Shown here: positions 1-9,260 of the stretch, piece by piece
Numbering within the stretch: position 1 is the stretch's first letter
Layout: each line of letters starts with the position of its first letter
From: a virus
Reading direction: 5' to 3' (one strand)
IMG/VR virus record: IMGVR_UViG_3300032235_000653
Span: 1-64,000 of that record
Length of the DNA stretch: 64,000 nucleotides
The notes under the pieces: model-generated
What the model was told of the DNA's origin: nothing
The model's input: the letters and a program-made list of their open reading frames with translations, nothing else
Database searches by the model: none
Program-made: the position numbers and the translations under genes

Positions 1-1
1 T

Positions 2-1228
2 ATAGCTGATACAAAGGCTCCTGCCAAACGCACACCGCAACAAACTGACTATGCTCGACGCAGAGCACAAGAGAAAAAAACAGAGCAAGGTATGGCGGAA
101 GGCTTGCCGCAGACTCTACGCAAAGTTGTTCCTGGATATGCCAAGCGTGAAATAGATAAGAAGATGGATGCTGGAAAGTTTGGTAAGACTGATGCGGATA
201 AAGATGCCAACTTCCAACGCTATAAAAAGATTCAAGACAAGATTAAAGAAGGCGATAAAAAGCCCCATCCAAAGACTTGGCATGATGTTGATCCAAAGTT
301 AGGTAAACAAGTTGATAAAATGAGTCAGGCAGAAAAAGTTAAAAAAGGTTTAGCACATCCTGACACATTGAAGAAGAAAGGTGTGGCGGAAGGTCAAGCA
401 GACCAAGTTAAAAAGATTGTTAAGAAGAACGGTAAGCCCGTTGGCGAAATTGGCACAGATCCCGAAGCAAGTCCAGGCAATGGTAATTGGTATGTAAAAC
501 ACTATGCGTCAGGGTATGATGTAGTAGGTTTTGATAATGCAGAAGAAGCATTAGCAGAATTAAAACATTGTATGAAGCAAGGTGTGGCGGAAGGAGTTAC
601 ACGATCTTTTGATCTACAATTGATTGAAATTCTCAAACAGCGTGGCTTCAAAGGTCCAATGGCTGTAGGTCGAGCTAAAAAATGGATACCAGCCGTTAAA
701 GAGGTTGCCGCTAATGGAAATTTTTCTATCGGTGCCGATGATATTATGATGGTATCTGGCACAGACCCTGACTATGATCCATGGGTATTATATGTGCCTA
801 AAGTTGGCAAATATATCTACAATGAAGGAATGGCTTACAATCTACTTACTGCTAAACAGGTAGTAAAGTTTACAGTGCCCACAGATGATAAAGATTTTTA
901 TGAAGGTGTGGCAGAAGACGATTCAGCACTACAAGCGTTTTTAAGTAAAGGTGGAAAGATTCAACAACTGCCATATAAAAAACCTCGCAAAGCAGACAAA
1001 ACTGATTACGGCAGTAAACATATTGGCGGTAGCGGTGATAAAATGAAAGCCAGTCGTACTGGTACTGCTGCTAAAACACAGGGTAACAAGGTAGCAGGAA
1101 TGGCGGAAGAACAAGTTACTGAAACATCAGCAGGCAGTGTCGCTGGCGTAGTTAACCCTACTCCAAAGAACAAAGCCAAAGTTGGTACATTGTTTGGTGG
1201 CACATACAAACAGAAAAAATCCAAATGA
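2..1228 (+). CDS. Modular G[VM]AE-repeat protein, probable capsid-internal polyprotein (5' partial)
   Basis: Frame is open from the window start (IADTKAPAKR...EQGMAEG); the ATG at 92 lies inside a repeat motif. Five G[VM]AE motifs separate unrelated 64-108 aa modules. Confidence 0.7.
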   Translation: MADTKAPAKRTPQQTDYARRRAQEKKTEQGMAEGLPQTLRKVVPGYAKREIDKKMDAGKFGKTDADKDANFQRYKKIQDKIKEGDKKPHPKTWHDVDPKLGKQVDKMSQAEKVKKGLAHPDTLKKKGVAEGQADQVKKIVKKNGKPVGEIGTDPEASPGNGNWYVKHYASGYDVVGFDNAEEALAELKHCMKQGVAEGVTRSFDLQLIEILKQRGFKGPMAVGRAKKWIPAVKEVAANGNFSIGADDIMMVSGTDPDYDPWVLYVPKVGKYIYNEGMAYNLLTAKQVVKFTVPTDDKDFYEGVAEDDSALQAFLSKGGKIQQLPYKKPRKADKTDYGSKHIGGSGDKMKASRTGTAAKTQGNKVAGMAEEQVTETSAGSVAGVVNPTPKNKAKVGTLFGGTYKQKKSK

Positions 1229-2607
1229 AAAGCCTGCGACAATTACTAGACAGCATCGATGGTGTATCGGAACAACGAACGGCAATGGATTCTGATCTAG
1301 CTAAGTATCGAGCGGGCTTAATATCTTTTAAAGATTTAAAAAAATCTGAAGAATTTAGACGCATGCCAATTGAAGACCGTTGGAAGCAGGGATTAATGTC
1401 AATGAACGATTTAACCCCCATGGACAAGTATCGACTGGGAATGATAAATCAGGATCAACTTGCTAGATCACAAGCTATAGAGCCAGTTTATCCGGAGTTG
1501 GCTGCGGCTGGCGCAGGCGGAGCAATAAGAGCAGGTTTAGGTTTATTAGGCAGAAAAGGTGCCGAAACTACGGCCAGACAAGCAGCTACTAAAGTAGAAC
1601 CTACATTTACTGCACCTGCAACACAAGCACCAAAACCAAGAATTGAACGCAGACCTGGCGAATCAGTATCAGATGCTATTAAAAGAGCACAAGCTGAAAA
1701 GGGGGGAGCAGTATCCACACCTCCGGCGGCCCAAGGGCCCGCCGTATGGCGTAATCCAAGAACTGGCGAAGTCGGCAGTACACCCCCCGGAGGCGGAGCT
1801 GGTGCTGGTGCTTCTTCTGGAACAAGAGTGTCGACTGCACCAAGTACACCCTCAGCACCAGCTAGACCAACAGCTCCTAGTTCTACTACCGGAGATAGAT
1901 TAAGACAAGGCCGACAAGAAAAAGTCAGTTCTGGGCGTACGGCCCAACAGGATTCAAAGGATCGTAAAAAAGCCCTCGCGGCCAGTTTGGCAGGCCATGC
2001 TGGATTGGCATACCTCTTAAGTCCCGACGATAAAGCAAAACCTGCAGGAGGAGGTGGCACAGATGGAACCGCTGGCAGTGGGCCACTGCCAGCGACAATA
2101 ATAGATGCTCCTCGAGATGGGGCTCCAGCATCAGCAGATGGACCTGGTAGGGATTCAAATATAAGATTGCCGCAAGTAAACATCGATACAAGTAACGTAC
2201 CTGCCCATCCAGAAAACGGAGGTCGGCCATCTATTAGAATTATACCGGTAGAACCAGCAGCACCAACAGCTCAGCCAGCAGCACCAACAGCTCAACCAGC
2301 AGCACCAACAGCTCAGCCAGCAGCTCAACCAGCAGCCCAACCTCCCAAAGTTGAACCTCCTAAAGCACCGGCAGCCCAACCAGTAGCACCTGCTAATGCG
2401 CCGTCTAGCGGTACAGGTGGTGGCCAAGGATCAGGCAGCGGAACTGGAACTGGAACTGGAACTGGATCAGGACAAGGCGATGATCGATTCGACCCAGTCG
2501 AATATTTAAAAAAACAAAAAGTACCAGGATATAAATTCAATGAAAGTCGCAGCACAAAAAAACTAATGCGAGAATTTAGTAGACATTTGAATAGGGTTTA
2601 TAAATGA
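1225..2607 (+). CDS. Pro/Ala/Gly-rich low-complexity protein, putative virion-internal protein
   Basis: 460 aa ORF with overlapping start/stop. PAAPTAQ and GT repeats, and an N-terminal MKSLRQLLDSIDGVSE leader. Confidence 0.65.
   Translation: MKSLRQLLDSIDGVSEQRTAMDSDLAKYRAGLISFKDLKKSEEFRRMPIEDRWKQGLMSMNDLTPMDKYRLGMINQDQLARSQAIEPVYPELAAAGAGGAIRAGLGLLGRKGAETTARQAATKVEPTFTAPATQAPKPRIERRPGESVSDAIKRAQAEKGGAVSTPPAAQGPAVWRNPRTGEVGSTPPGGGAGAGASSGTRVSTAPSTPSAPARPTAPSSTTGDRLRQGRQEKVSSGRTAQQDSKDRKKALAASLAGHAGLAYLLSPDDKAKPAGGGGTDGTAGSGPLPATIIDAPRDGAPASADGPGRDSNIRLPQVNIDTSNVPAHPENGGRPSIRIIPVEPAAPTAQPAAPTAQPAAPTAQPAAQPAAQPPKVEPPKAPAAQPVAPANAPSSGTGGGQGSGSGTGTGTGTGSGQGDDRFDPVEYLKKQKVPGYKFNESRSTKKLMREFSRHLNRVYK
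2254..2340 (+). repeat. 21-nt tandem coding repeat (PAAPTAQ x3 plus partial copies)
   Basis: ccagcagcaccaacagctcar repeated directly; a ggaact (GT) run follows at about 2440-2466. Confidence 0.9.
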
Positions 2608-5039
2608 GCGATATCAAAAAATTATTAGAAACAATGGATCGCATGTCTACCGTAGAGCGTAAACCCTCAGGCCCAAAATTTCCTGGCTATTGGAAAGGTA
2701 CGGATCCTGCCAGCAAAGCCAAAGATAAAATGGTGGGCGGCTGCGAAGAAAGCATAATTAAGGATTTGAATAAAATATCTAAAGAAAAAGTCACCGAATG
2801 GCAACTGCAAGAAAAATTTGATAAATTTAAAGAACAGCAAAGTTATACTGGTATAGATCCCACTGTTCGTCAACGTATGGGTATGCCGGCGGCCACAGCA
2901 GATGAGATAAGATCTTACATTGAAAAAAATCCACCGGCAATAAAAGCAGGGGACGGATATCTTACAACTAACACCGGCGTAGGACTTGACCCCAATAAAC
3001 CAGTTGTTCCTGAACCTGTTCTATCTGGTGGTCAATTGGATGTTATTCGTGCAGCAGCTAATGCTGCCGGAATAGGCCCTGACAAAAAAGTTGATTTAAC
3101 CTCTACGCCATCTGCAGTCCCAACAGCAGCAGCACCACCACCAATTAGTAGAAATGCTCCAGTAGGTAGTGCAGCTTTAGATCCTACATTAAATCCAGAC
3201 TCGGCAACTAGTATCCCCGGCGGTCAGAGCGCAGGCGGTGCAGGCGTAGTACCTACAAAATCAATATCTTCAATACCAATCAGATCGCGAAACCCTACGG
3301 CAGGCAGCTGGCAAGATATTTGGAAAAATAATCCTAACATTAAAAATCCTAATTTAATTTATCCAGGACAAGAAATTAAATTACCTAACGGAACATCCGC
3401 TATTGTCGACAAAGGTGATACTTTAAGCAGCATTGCTGATAGATATAAACAAGGCGGTTATAATACTGGAACAGAAGTCGGCCCAAGTAATACCAGTCCC
3501 GCACCTGCTACAACTAGAGCTCCGGCAACTGCACCTGCTGCTAGATCGGCACCTGCTGCATCAAGGCCGCAACCAAGAGCAGTACCGCCAACAAGTTTTG
3601 ATCCGCCCGGGCCTGACACTGACACTAGTGATCGACCAGTACCTGCGGTTAGGAATCAGCCTGCTGCTCCTGCCAATGCTGCAACACCCAGAACAGCGCA
3701 CACCCCAGGCACTCGTGTAACTACTCAAATCAGAGATCCGCAGGATCCTAATAAGCCTTTAAGTATTCAACTAAAGAAAGGCGATGATGGCAGTTGGTAC
3801 GATGATCGTGGCCGCAAACTTAATTTTAATAAACCTGGTGATTTAGAGAAATTGGAAAATTTACCAGCAGATGCTCCCACGTTTATGGATAAAATGAAAA
3901 GAGTGCTGGGAGGTGAACTACCGTCTAGGGCATTTGGACAACCTAAGCCTCAGCAAAATCAACCAGCACCGGCAACACAGCCGCCGGCCAGGCCTGCAAC
4001 TCAACCAGCAGCTCCAAGGTCTAATTCATCATCTTCAAAAACTGATCAGTCAGGCATGGCATCCTATGCAACAAAAGGTGGTAGAGTTTATGCAGCCGAC
4101 TTTAACAATCCCAGTGGGCTAGGCTGGGATGGCAAAGGAAAGTATACCAGTTATAAAACTCCCGAAGAAGGTGTTAATGCTACCAAAGATTTAGTTTCGC
4201 GATACTTAACTGATCGAACTCCATACATTAAAGGACCTGCCACTCCGGAACAAGTAGTCAGTACATGGGTAACTGGAGGCAAAACACCAGCTGATAAAAT
4301 TCAAGGCGGCAGATACCTTCAATCAGTTAAAGACGAGCTAGCGGCAGCTGGTGTTAAATTAGATGCTAAAGGAAGAATACCACATTCACAGGCTGCAACT
4401 GATGCTATTACAAGAGCCATCGTTCGTCACGAAACTTCTCCTAAGCACATGGAAAAGTTTGCACCTTTTCTAACTGCGCCAAAAGATGGAAAAGGGTCAA
4501 TTGAGGAATCAAACAAAGAAGATGAAAAAATTGCAGGGCGCTATGATCCTGATGAATTTGATCTTATGGTTAAACGATTAGGTCAAAGAGCTCGAGAACA
4601 AGATCGTAAGCATGGACCTGTTGATATTGCTGCACTGGCAAAAAGATTACGTGCAATAGAAAAACGTGAACAGACCAAAGAACAAGAAGATCCTGCTGTG
4701 AATATGCAGGATCCTGATGTACAAAGAACTAGTCAAACCAGTCCACAACAAGATCCTGCAGCAGTTAGACAACAACAGCTAGATCAAACGGTTGATCTAG
4801 CCACTGCTAAAGGCACTATGAGTGGATTAAAAACAGCATTAGGACCTGACGTAGATACAAATGCATTGGCCAGTGCTGTTACGAAAATAAGCGACGGCAA
4901 ACCTTTGACAGGCCCCGAATCGACGTCAATGAGTGCTCTTACACCTTTGATAAGTAAAGCAGCAGAGACTCCACAAACTGCCATGGCACTTAAAACAGCA
5001 TTGAGTAATGCTGGTATGTTGGCCAAGCAAGGAAAGTAA
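2604..5039 (+). CDS. Virion protein with LysM-like and lysozyme/transglycosylase-like segments
   Basis: WQDIWKNNPNIKNPNLIYPGQEIKLP...VDKGDTLSSIADRY (LysM halves). NNPSGL...YKTPEEG...AIVRHE resembles phage virion muramidase-like domains. Confidence 0.6.
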   Translation: MSDIKKLLETMDRMSTVERKPSGPKFPGYWKGTDPASKAKDKMVGGCEESIIKDLNKISKEKVTEWQLQEKFDKFKEQQSYTGIDPTVRQRMGMPAATADEIRSYIEKNPPAIKAGDGYLTTNTGVGLDPNKPVVPEPVLSGGQLDVIRAAANAAGIGPDKKVDLTSTPSAVPTAAAPPPISRNAPVGSAALDPTLNPDSATSIPGGQSAGGAGVVPTKSISSIPIRSRNPTAGSWQDIWKNNPNIKNPNLIYPGQEIKLPNGTSAIVDKGDTLSSIADRYKQGGYNTGTEVGPSNTSPAPATTRAPATAPAARSAPAASRPQPRAVPPTSFDPPGPDTDTSDRPVPAVRNQPAAPANAATPRTAHTPGTRVTTQIRDPQDPNKPLSIQLKKGDDGSWYDDRGRKLNFNKPGDLEKLENLPADAPTFMDKMKRVLGGELPSRAFGQPKPQQNQPAPATQPPARPATQPAAPRSNSSSSKTDQSGMASYATKGGRVYAADFNNPSGLGWDGKGKYTSYKTPEEGVNATKDLVSRYLTDRTPYIKGPATPEQVVSTWVTGGKTPADKIQGGRYLQSVKDELAAAGVKLDAKGRIPHSQAATDAITRAIVRHETSPKHMEKFAPFLTAPKDGKGSIEESNKEDEKIAGRYDPDEFDLMVKRLGQRAREQDRKHGPVDIAALAKRLRAIEKREQTKEQEDPAVNMQDPDVQRTSQTSPQQDPAAVRQQQLDQTVDLATAKGTMSGLKTALGPDVDTNALASAVTKISDGKPLTGPESTSMSALTPLISKAAETPQTAMALKTALSNAGMLAKQGK

Positions 5040-5041
5040 TT

Positions 5042-7120
5042 ATGAATTTGTTTGATATGTTTGAATCTGGAAAAAAGCAAGACATAGAAGAAGCTTGCTG
5101 GAAAGGCTACCACAAAGAGGGTATGAAGACTATGTTTGGGAAACGCTATCCCAACTGTGTTAAGAACAAAAACGAAAGTCTAGAAACCTATGTCAACAAA
5201 GGTGAGTGTCCAGGCTGTGGCGGTGCTATGGTGTCCGAAGAACAGATCAACGAAAAACAAGATGCTTGCTATCATAAAGTAAAATCAAGATATAAAGTAT
5301 GGCCCAGTGCTTATGCCAGTGGAGCACTAGTGCAGTGTCGCAAAAAAGGTGCTGCTAATTGGGGTAACAAAAATGAAAGTATTACTCAAGAAGAATACGA
5401 TCAACTGGATGAAAATTTAAAACAATGGTTCAGTGATAAGTGGGTTCGATTTGGTCCTGACGGTAAGATTCGTGGGGATTGTGCCAGAGGTGATAGCAGT
5501 GAAGGTAAACCAAAATGCTTGCCACAGAGCAAAGCACACGCTTTAGGCAAAAAAGGTCGAGCCAGTGCTGCCGCACGTAAACGTAGAGAAGATCCTAATC
5601 CAGAACGTAGTGGCAAGGCCATTAATGTTGCCACTAAGAAAAAGAGTAATGAAGGTATGGCGGAAGGCTCTTTGGCAGAAATGGACAAAAGTGCTCCACA
5701 GCCTGGTCGTGATGGTAACGTTAGCCATAAAACTTACGGCAGTCGTGACAACTACAAACTAGGTGACCCAGAAAGAACGGGAAAGCAAATATCTGCAAAA
5801 AAAGCCAAAAAAGATGCACTTGACATTTTGAAGAAGCAAGGTGTGGCGGAAGAAAGAAATAAACAAGGCTATCATACCAGAGTACAAAAAGGCAAGTTCT
5901 TGCCTAGCAAATACGGTGAAGATCAATATAACTACTTACATGACCTAATGAACTCAAGTTATGATGGCGAAGGTCCAGTTTTGGTAACCATTGATGATAA
6001 AAAGATTGCTAGAGAAATTGCTGCCATGTACGGTGGAGATGTAGAACAAACTGGACTAGGAACATATCGTATCGTTCAAAGAAAAGGCGCTGCGCCAATT
6101 GGTAACAAGACTCCTGAACTAACTGGTGTGGCGGAAGGATTTGATGATGTTGTTAAGGGCGTAAAGCGTTTGGTAAAAGGTAAACCATCTAAGGGCGATG
6201 TTGCTATGAAACACACACTCAAAGCTTTAGGAGCAGCACAAGCTGGTGATATGAAAACAGCAGGCAAAGAAGCTACAAGATGGGAAAAAGTACAGAACTT
6301 GCCTAAGAAAGATGTGGCGGAAAGCTCGAACAAAAAACAAGAAGCAACACGCAGAATACAGAAAATGTTAAATGATAAGTTCGGTGCCAATTTAGATGTC
6401 GACGGAGTATTAGGACCACTTACACTTAAATCTATCAATAAATTTATGCCCAACGCAAAAGTCGGACCAGCGGAAGATCCAAATAAAACTACTGCTGTAC
6501 AGGGCAAAAAAGTTAAAAACGAAGACACAGATCAGAATCAATTAGCAGAAAAATGGAGTCAAAAATACAAAAGCAGTATTAATTGCAGTGACCCAAAAGG
6601 GTTTAGTCAGCGTGCTCATTGTGACGGAAAAAAGAAAAATGAAGACGTGGCTGAAACAGCAGAATATAACTATAACTATAGCAATATCAATGACGATGAC
6701 TGGTATGAATTTGATTCTGAAGGCAATGTAGTAAGACAATCTGGACCAAGAAGATACGAACTTCCTTTTGGTTCTAACAAAACAATTAAGTTACCTAATG
6801 GAAATATTGCAGCCAAAGGAATGACTGCTAAACGTTTAAAATTGTTTAAAAATCTGTCAGAAAGCCGGGAATATTATAATGTTACCAGCACTGACTCTAC
6901 ATCTTTACGCCAAGATTTTAACATGTCTAAAGATCGCTTCGGATGGTATCTCAGTGAAGGATCTACTCCAAAACATAAACTAGACGCATACAGAGCATTC
7001 GGTAGTCCCAAATTAAAAGAATACGATCTATCTGCATTCAGTGGTGGTACGCAGACCAAAGGTGAAGATAACGTTATTAGTCCTGTCGGATCTCAAACTA
7101 AATCGCAATACAAAAAATGA
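5042..7120 (+). CDS. Modular G[VM]AE-repeat protein with Cys-containing mini-domains and a peptidoglycan-binding-like module
   Basis: Five G/D[VM]AE motifs. Modules include ACWKGY..PNCVK, DACYHKVKSRYKVWPSAYASGALVQCRK, and IQKMLN..LDVDGVLGPLT (PG_binding_1-like). Confidence 0.7.
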   Translation: MNLFDMFESGKKQDIEEACWKGYHKEGMKTMFGKRYPNCVKNKNESLETYVNKGECPGCGGAMVSEEQINEKQDACYHKVKSRYKVWPSAYASGALVQCRKKGAANWGNKNESITQEEYDQLDENLKQWFSDKWVRFGPDGKIRGDCARGDSSEGKPKCLPQSKAHALGKKGRASAAARKRREDPNPERSGKAINVATKKKSNEGMAEGSLAEMDKSAPQPGRDGNVSHKTYGSRDNYKLGDPERTGKQISAKKAKKDALDILKKQGVAEERNKQGYHTRVQKGKFLPSKYGEDQYNYLHDLMNSSYDGEGPVLVTIDDKKIAREIAAMYGGDVEQTGLGTYRIVQRKGAAPIGNKTPELTGVAEGFDDVVKGVKRLVKGKPSKGDVAMKHTLKALGAAQAGDMKTAGKEATRWEKVQNLPKKDVAESSNKKQEATRRIQKMLNDKFGANLDVDGVLGPLTLKSINKFMPNAKVGPAEDPNKTTAVQGKKVKNEDTDQNQLAEKWSQKYKSSINCSDPKGFSQRAHCDGKKKNEDVAETAEYNYNYSNINDDDWYEFDSEGNVVRQSGPRRYELPFGSNKTIKLPNGNIAAKGMTAKRLKLFKNLSESREYYNVTSTDSTSLRQDFNMSKDRFGWYLSEGSTPKHKLDAYRAFGSPKLKEYDLSAFSGGTQTKGEDNVISPVGSQTKSQYKK

Positions 7121-7545
7121 GAAATTTAATTAATATTATGGAATCAGCTAGCAAAGGATGTCCTATTGCCACGCACGACATCGATGTTAATTTAAAAAAC
7201 AGACAGGCTGCTATAGATAACTACAATTATGGGCCAGCCAATCCTGATAAGCCCGGCGATTATTGGGATAAGTCTGCTAAAATTTTTAATGTAACTACAG
7301 CTACAGCAAAAACTATGACCTGTGGCAATTGTGCAGCATTTGATGTCAGTGATAGCATGAGACAATGTATGTCGGACGGTATTAAAGGCACAGAAAAAAA
7401 TATAGATGCAAATGCCAGTATCAATTTAGCTGATTTGGGTTACTGTAATTTTTTACATTTTAAATGTGCGGGCAGCAGAAGTTGTAAAGCTTGGGTCACT
7501 GGTGGTCCTATAACAGAAAAAGACAAAGGAAAAAAGGCAGATTAA
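7117..7545 (+). CDS. Hypothetical Cys-rich protein (CGNC...C..C...C), possible metal binding
   Basis: 142 aa ORF with N-terminal MRNLINIMES leader. Confidence 0.6.
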   Translation: MRNLINIMESASKGCPIATHDIDVNLKNRQAAIDNYNYGPANPDKPGDYWDKSAKIFNVTTATAKTMTCGNCAAFDVSDSMRQCMSDGIKGTEKNIDANASINLADLGYCNFLHFKCAGSRSCKAWVTGGPITEKDKGKKAD

Positions 7546-7546
7546 T

Positions 7547-7981
7547 ATGGATGAATTAATTAAAGCAATGAAGATAGCGTTTGCTACAGAGTTTAGTTTT
7601 TACCTAAAAGCACATTTCTATCACTGGAATGTAGAAGGACCGGACTTTCAAGAATATCACAGTTTATTCGGCGGTATCTACGAAGAAGTATATGGCAGCA
7701 TTGATGCATTTGCGGAAAACATTCGCAAGTTAGGCAGCTATACTCCAGGTAGCTATACTCGTTTTAGTATGCTATCACAGGTCAATGATGAAATTGAAGT
7801 ACAACCTGCTATGACTATGATTCAAGAATTGTTATCAGACAGCGATAAAACTGCCAAGTTATTTAAAATGGTCTACGATCTAGCAGAACGTGAAGGAAAA
7901 CATGGCATCAGTAACTTCCTAGCAGAACGCATGGACGCACATGATAAACACAGCTGGATGTTAAGAGCCAGTTTAAAATAA
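7547..7981 (+). CDS. dps: Dps/ferritin-like DNA-protection protein
   Basis: KAHFYHWNVEGPDFQEYHSLF...D.FAENIRKLG ferroxidase signature; C-terminal HDKHSWML. Confidence 0.93.
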   Translation: MDELIKAMKIAFATEFSFYLKAHFYHWNVEGPDFQEYHSLFGGIYEEVYGSIDAFAENIRKLGSYTPGSYTRFSMLSQVNDEIEVQPAMTMIQELLSDSDKTAKLFKMVYDLAEREGKHGISNFLAERMDAHDKHSWMLRASLK

Positions 7982-7986
7982 GCTCA

Positions 7987-8694
7987 ATGGCTGAATTTTT
8001 ATACCTTCTTATAGCAACCCATATTACCATAGTATGTGTTACTGTTTTTTTACATCGAGGACAAGCACATCGAGGATTAACTTTTAGTCCTGTGCTAAGT
8101 CATTTAATGAGATTCTGGTTATGGTTAACCACAGGCATGGTAACCAAGCAATGGGTGGCCATACATCGCAAGCATCACAAAGACACAGATGTAAAAGGCG
8201 ATCCTCATAGTCCATATATATTTGGAATTATCCCCGTGTTGTTTGGTGGAGCATTCTTATATCATCAAGCCAGTAAAGACAGTGTTATGGTAAATCAATT
8301 TGGTGTAGGAACGCCCGATGATTGGTTAGAAAAAAATGTCTATGCTAAACACAGTCGTTTAGGTGTTAGTTTGTTATTGGCTATAAATTTACTATTTTTT
8401 TCCTGGTGGGGATTGTTAATCTGGGCAATACAAATGATTTGGATACCTTTTTGGGCAGCAGGTGTTGTCAACGGACTTGGGCACTGGTGGGGTTACCGCA
8501 ACGGTAATTCCAAAGATCGCAGTACTAACATTAGTCCAATAGGGGTTATCATTGGTGGCGAAGAGCTTCACAATAATCATCATTTAGAACCTGGAAATCC
8601 TAAATTAAGTCGTCGTTGGTTTGAAGTTGACATGGGTTGGGTATGGATACAAATTTTTAAATTTACAGGTTTATTAAAAATAAGGGCACTGTAA
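7987..8694 (+). CDS. Membrane fatty-acid (delta-9 type) desaturase
   Basis: His boxes HRGQAH, HRKHH and ELHNNHH; hydrophobic segments. Confidence 0.92.
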   Translation: MAEFLYLLIATHITIVCVTVFLHRGQAHRGLTFSPVLSHLMRFWLWLTTGMVTKQWVAIHRKHHKDTDVKGDPHSPYIFGIIPVLFGGAFLYHQASKDSVMVNQFGVGTPDDWLEKNVYAKHSRLGVSLLLAINLLFFSWWGLLIWAIQMIWIPFWAAGVVNGLGHWWGYRNGNSKDRSTNISPIGVIIGGEELHNNHHLEPGNPKLSRRWFEVDMGWVWIQIFKFTGLLKIRAL

Positions 8695-9260
8695 TGAGAA
8701 TCAATGAAGTAAATTCTCTTTCTTTAAAAGGCAGTCTAGGCGTCAATCTGACAGAAAGCAAATTTTGGGCATTCACTGAGCTCAGCGAGATTAAAAATAA
8801 GTTTGATACTATTTACATATTAGGCAGTTGGTACGGCAATGCCGGTTTATTGCTTAGTATGGATCCCAGATTCGAATTTGACGAAATCATTAACGTTGAA
8901 AAAAATAAAAACATGTTAAAGGTCAGTGGTCAACTTGCAAAATTACAAAAAGATTCCAGAATAAAATCCATGCATAAAGACGCTAACCGTTTAGATTATA
9001 GACGCCTAGGCCCCGATGGGTTAGTAGTTAATTTTAGTTGTACTAATATTTCTGGCGATGATTGGTTTGAACGTATTCCCTCTGATACTATGATACTTTT
9101 ATCAGGAAGAAACAACGACTCAGGTGCTGTGCATAAATTCAATAGCGTAGAAGAATTTTCTTCTACTTATCCATTAACCAAAATTTTGTTTTCTGGTCAG
9201 AGAACTTTCGAAGATCCCGAAACTGAATACGATGCGTATTTGGTAATTGGAACAAAATAG
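8694..9260 (+). CDS. Class I SAM-dependent methyltransferase-like protein
   Basis: IYILGSWYG motif I-like, INVE, DAN and VVNFSC; N-terminal MRINE leader. Confidence 0.6.
   Translation: MRINEVNSLSLKGSLGVNLTESKFWAFTELSEIKNKFDTIYILGSWYGNAGLLLSMDPRFEFDEIINVEKNKNMLKVSGQLAKLQKDSRIKSMHKDANRLDYRRLGPDGLVVNFSCTNISGDDWFERIPSDTMILLSGRNNDSGAVHKFNSVEEFSSTYPLTKILFSGQRTFEDPETEYDAYLVIGTK

Larger units (their letters stand above)
86..6655 (+). repeat. Dispersed in-frame repeat GGTRTGGCGGAAG (10 copies, encoding G/D-[VM]-A-E)
   Basis: Copies start at 89, 380, 581, 905, 1097, 5654, 5840, 6125, 6311 and 6644. TGGCGGAA core is exact in 8/10. 361-392 and 5821-5852 match at 29/32 nt. Confidence 0.9.

Noticed and set aside
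1488-2555. Long minus-strand ORFs (231 aa and others, including a CWLSCW repeat)
   Set aside because: Antisense shadows of the GC-rich Pro/Ala repeat gene; no SD or domain signal.
86-6655. GGTGTGGCGGAAG repeats as a CRISPR array
   Set aside because: Repeats are short and degenerate, spaced 186-333 nt apart, always in frame within ORFs, and no cas genes are present.
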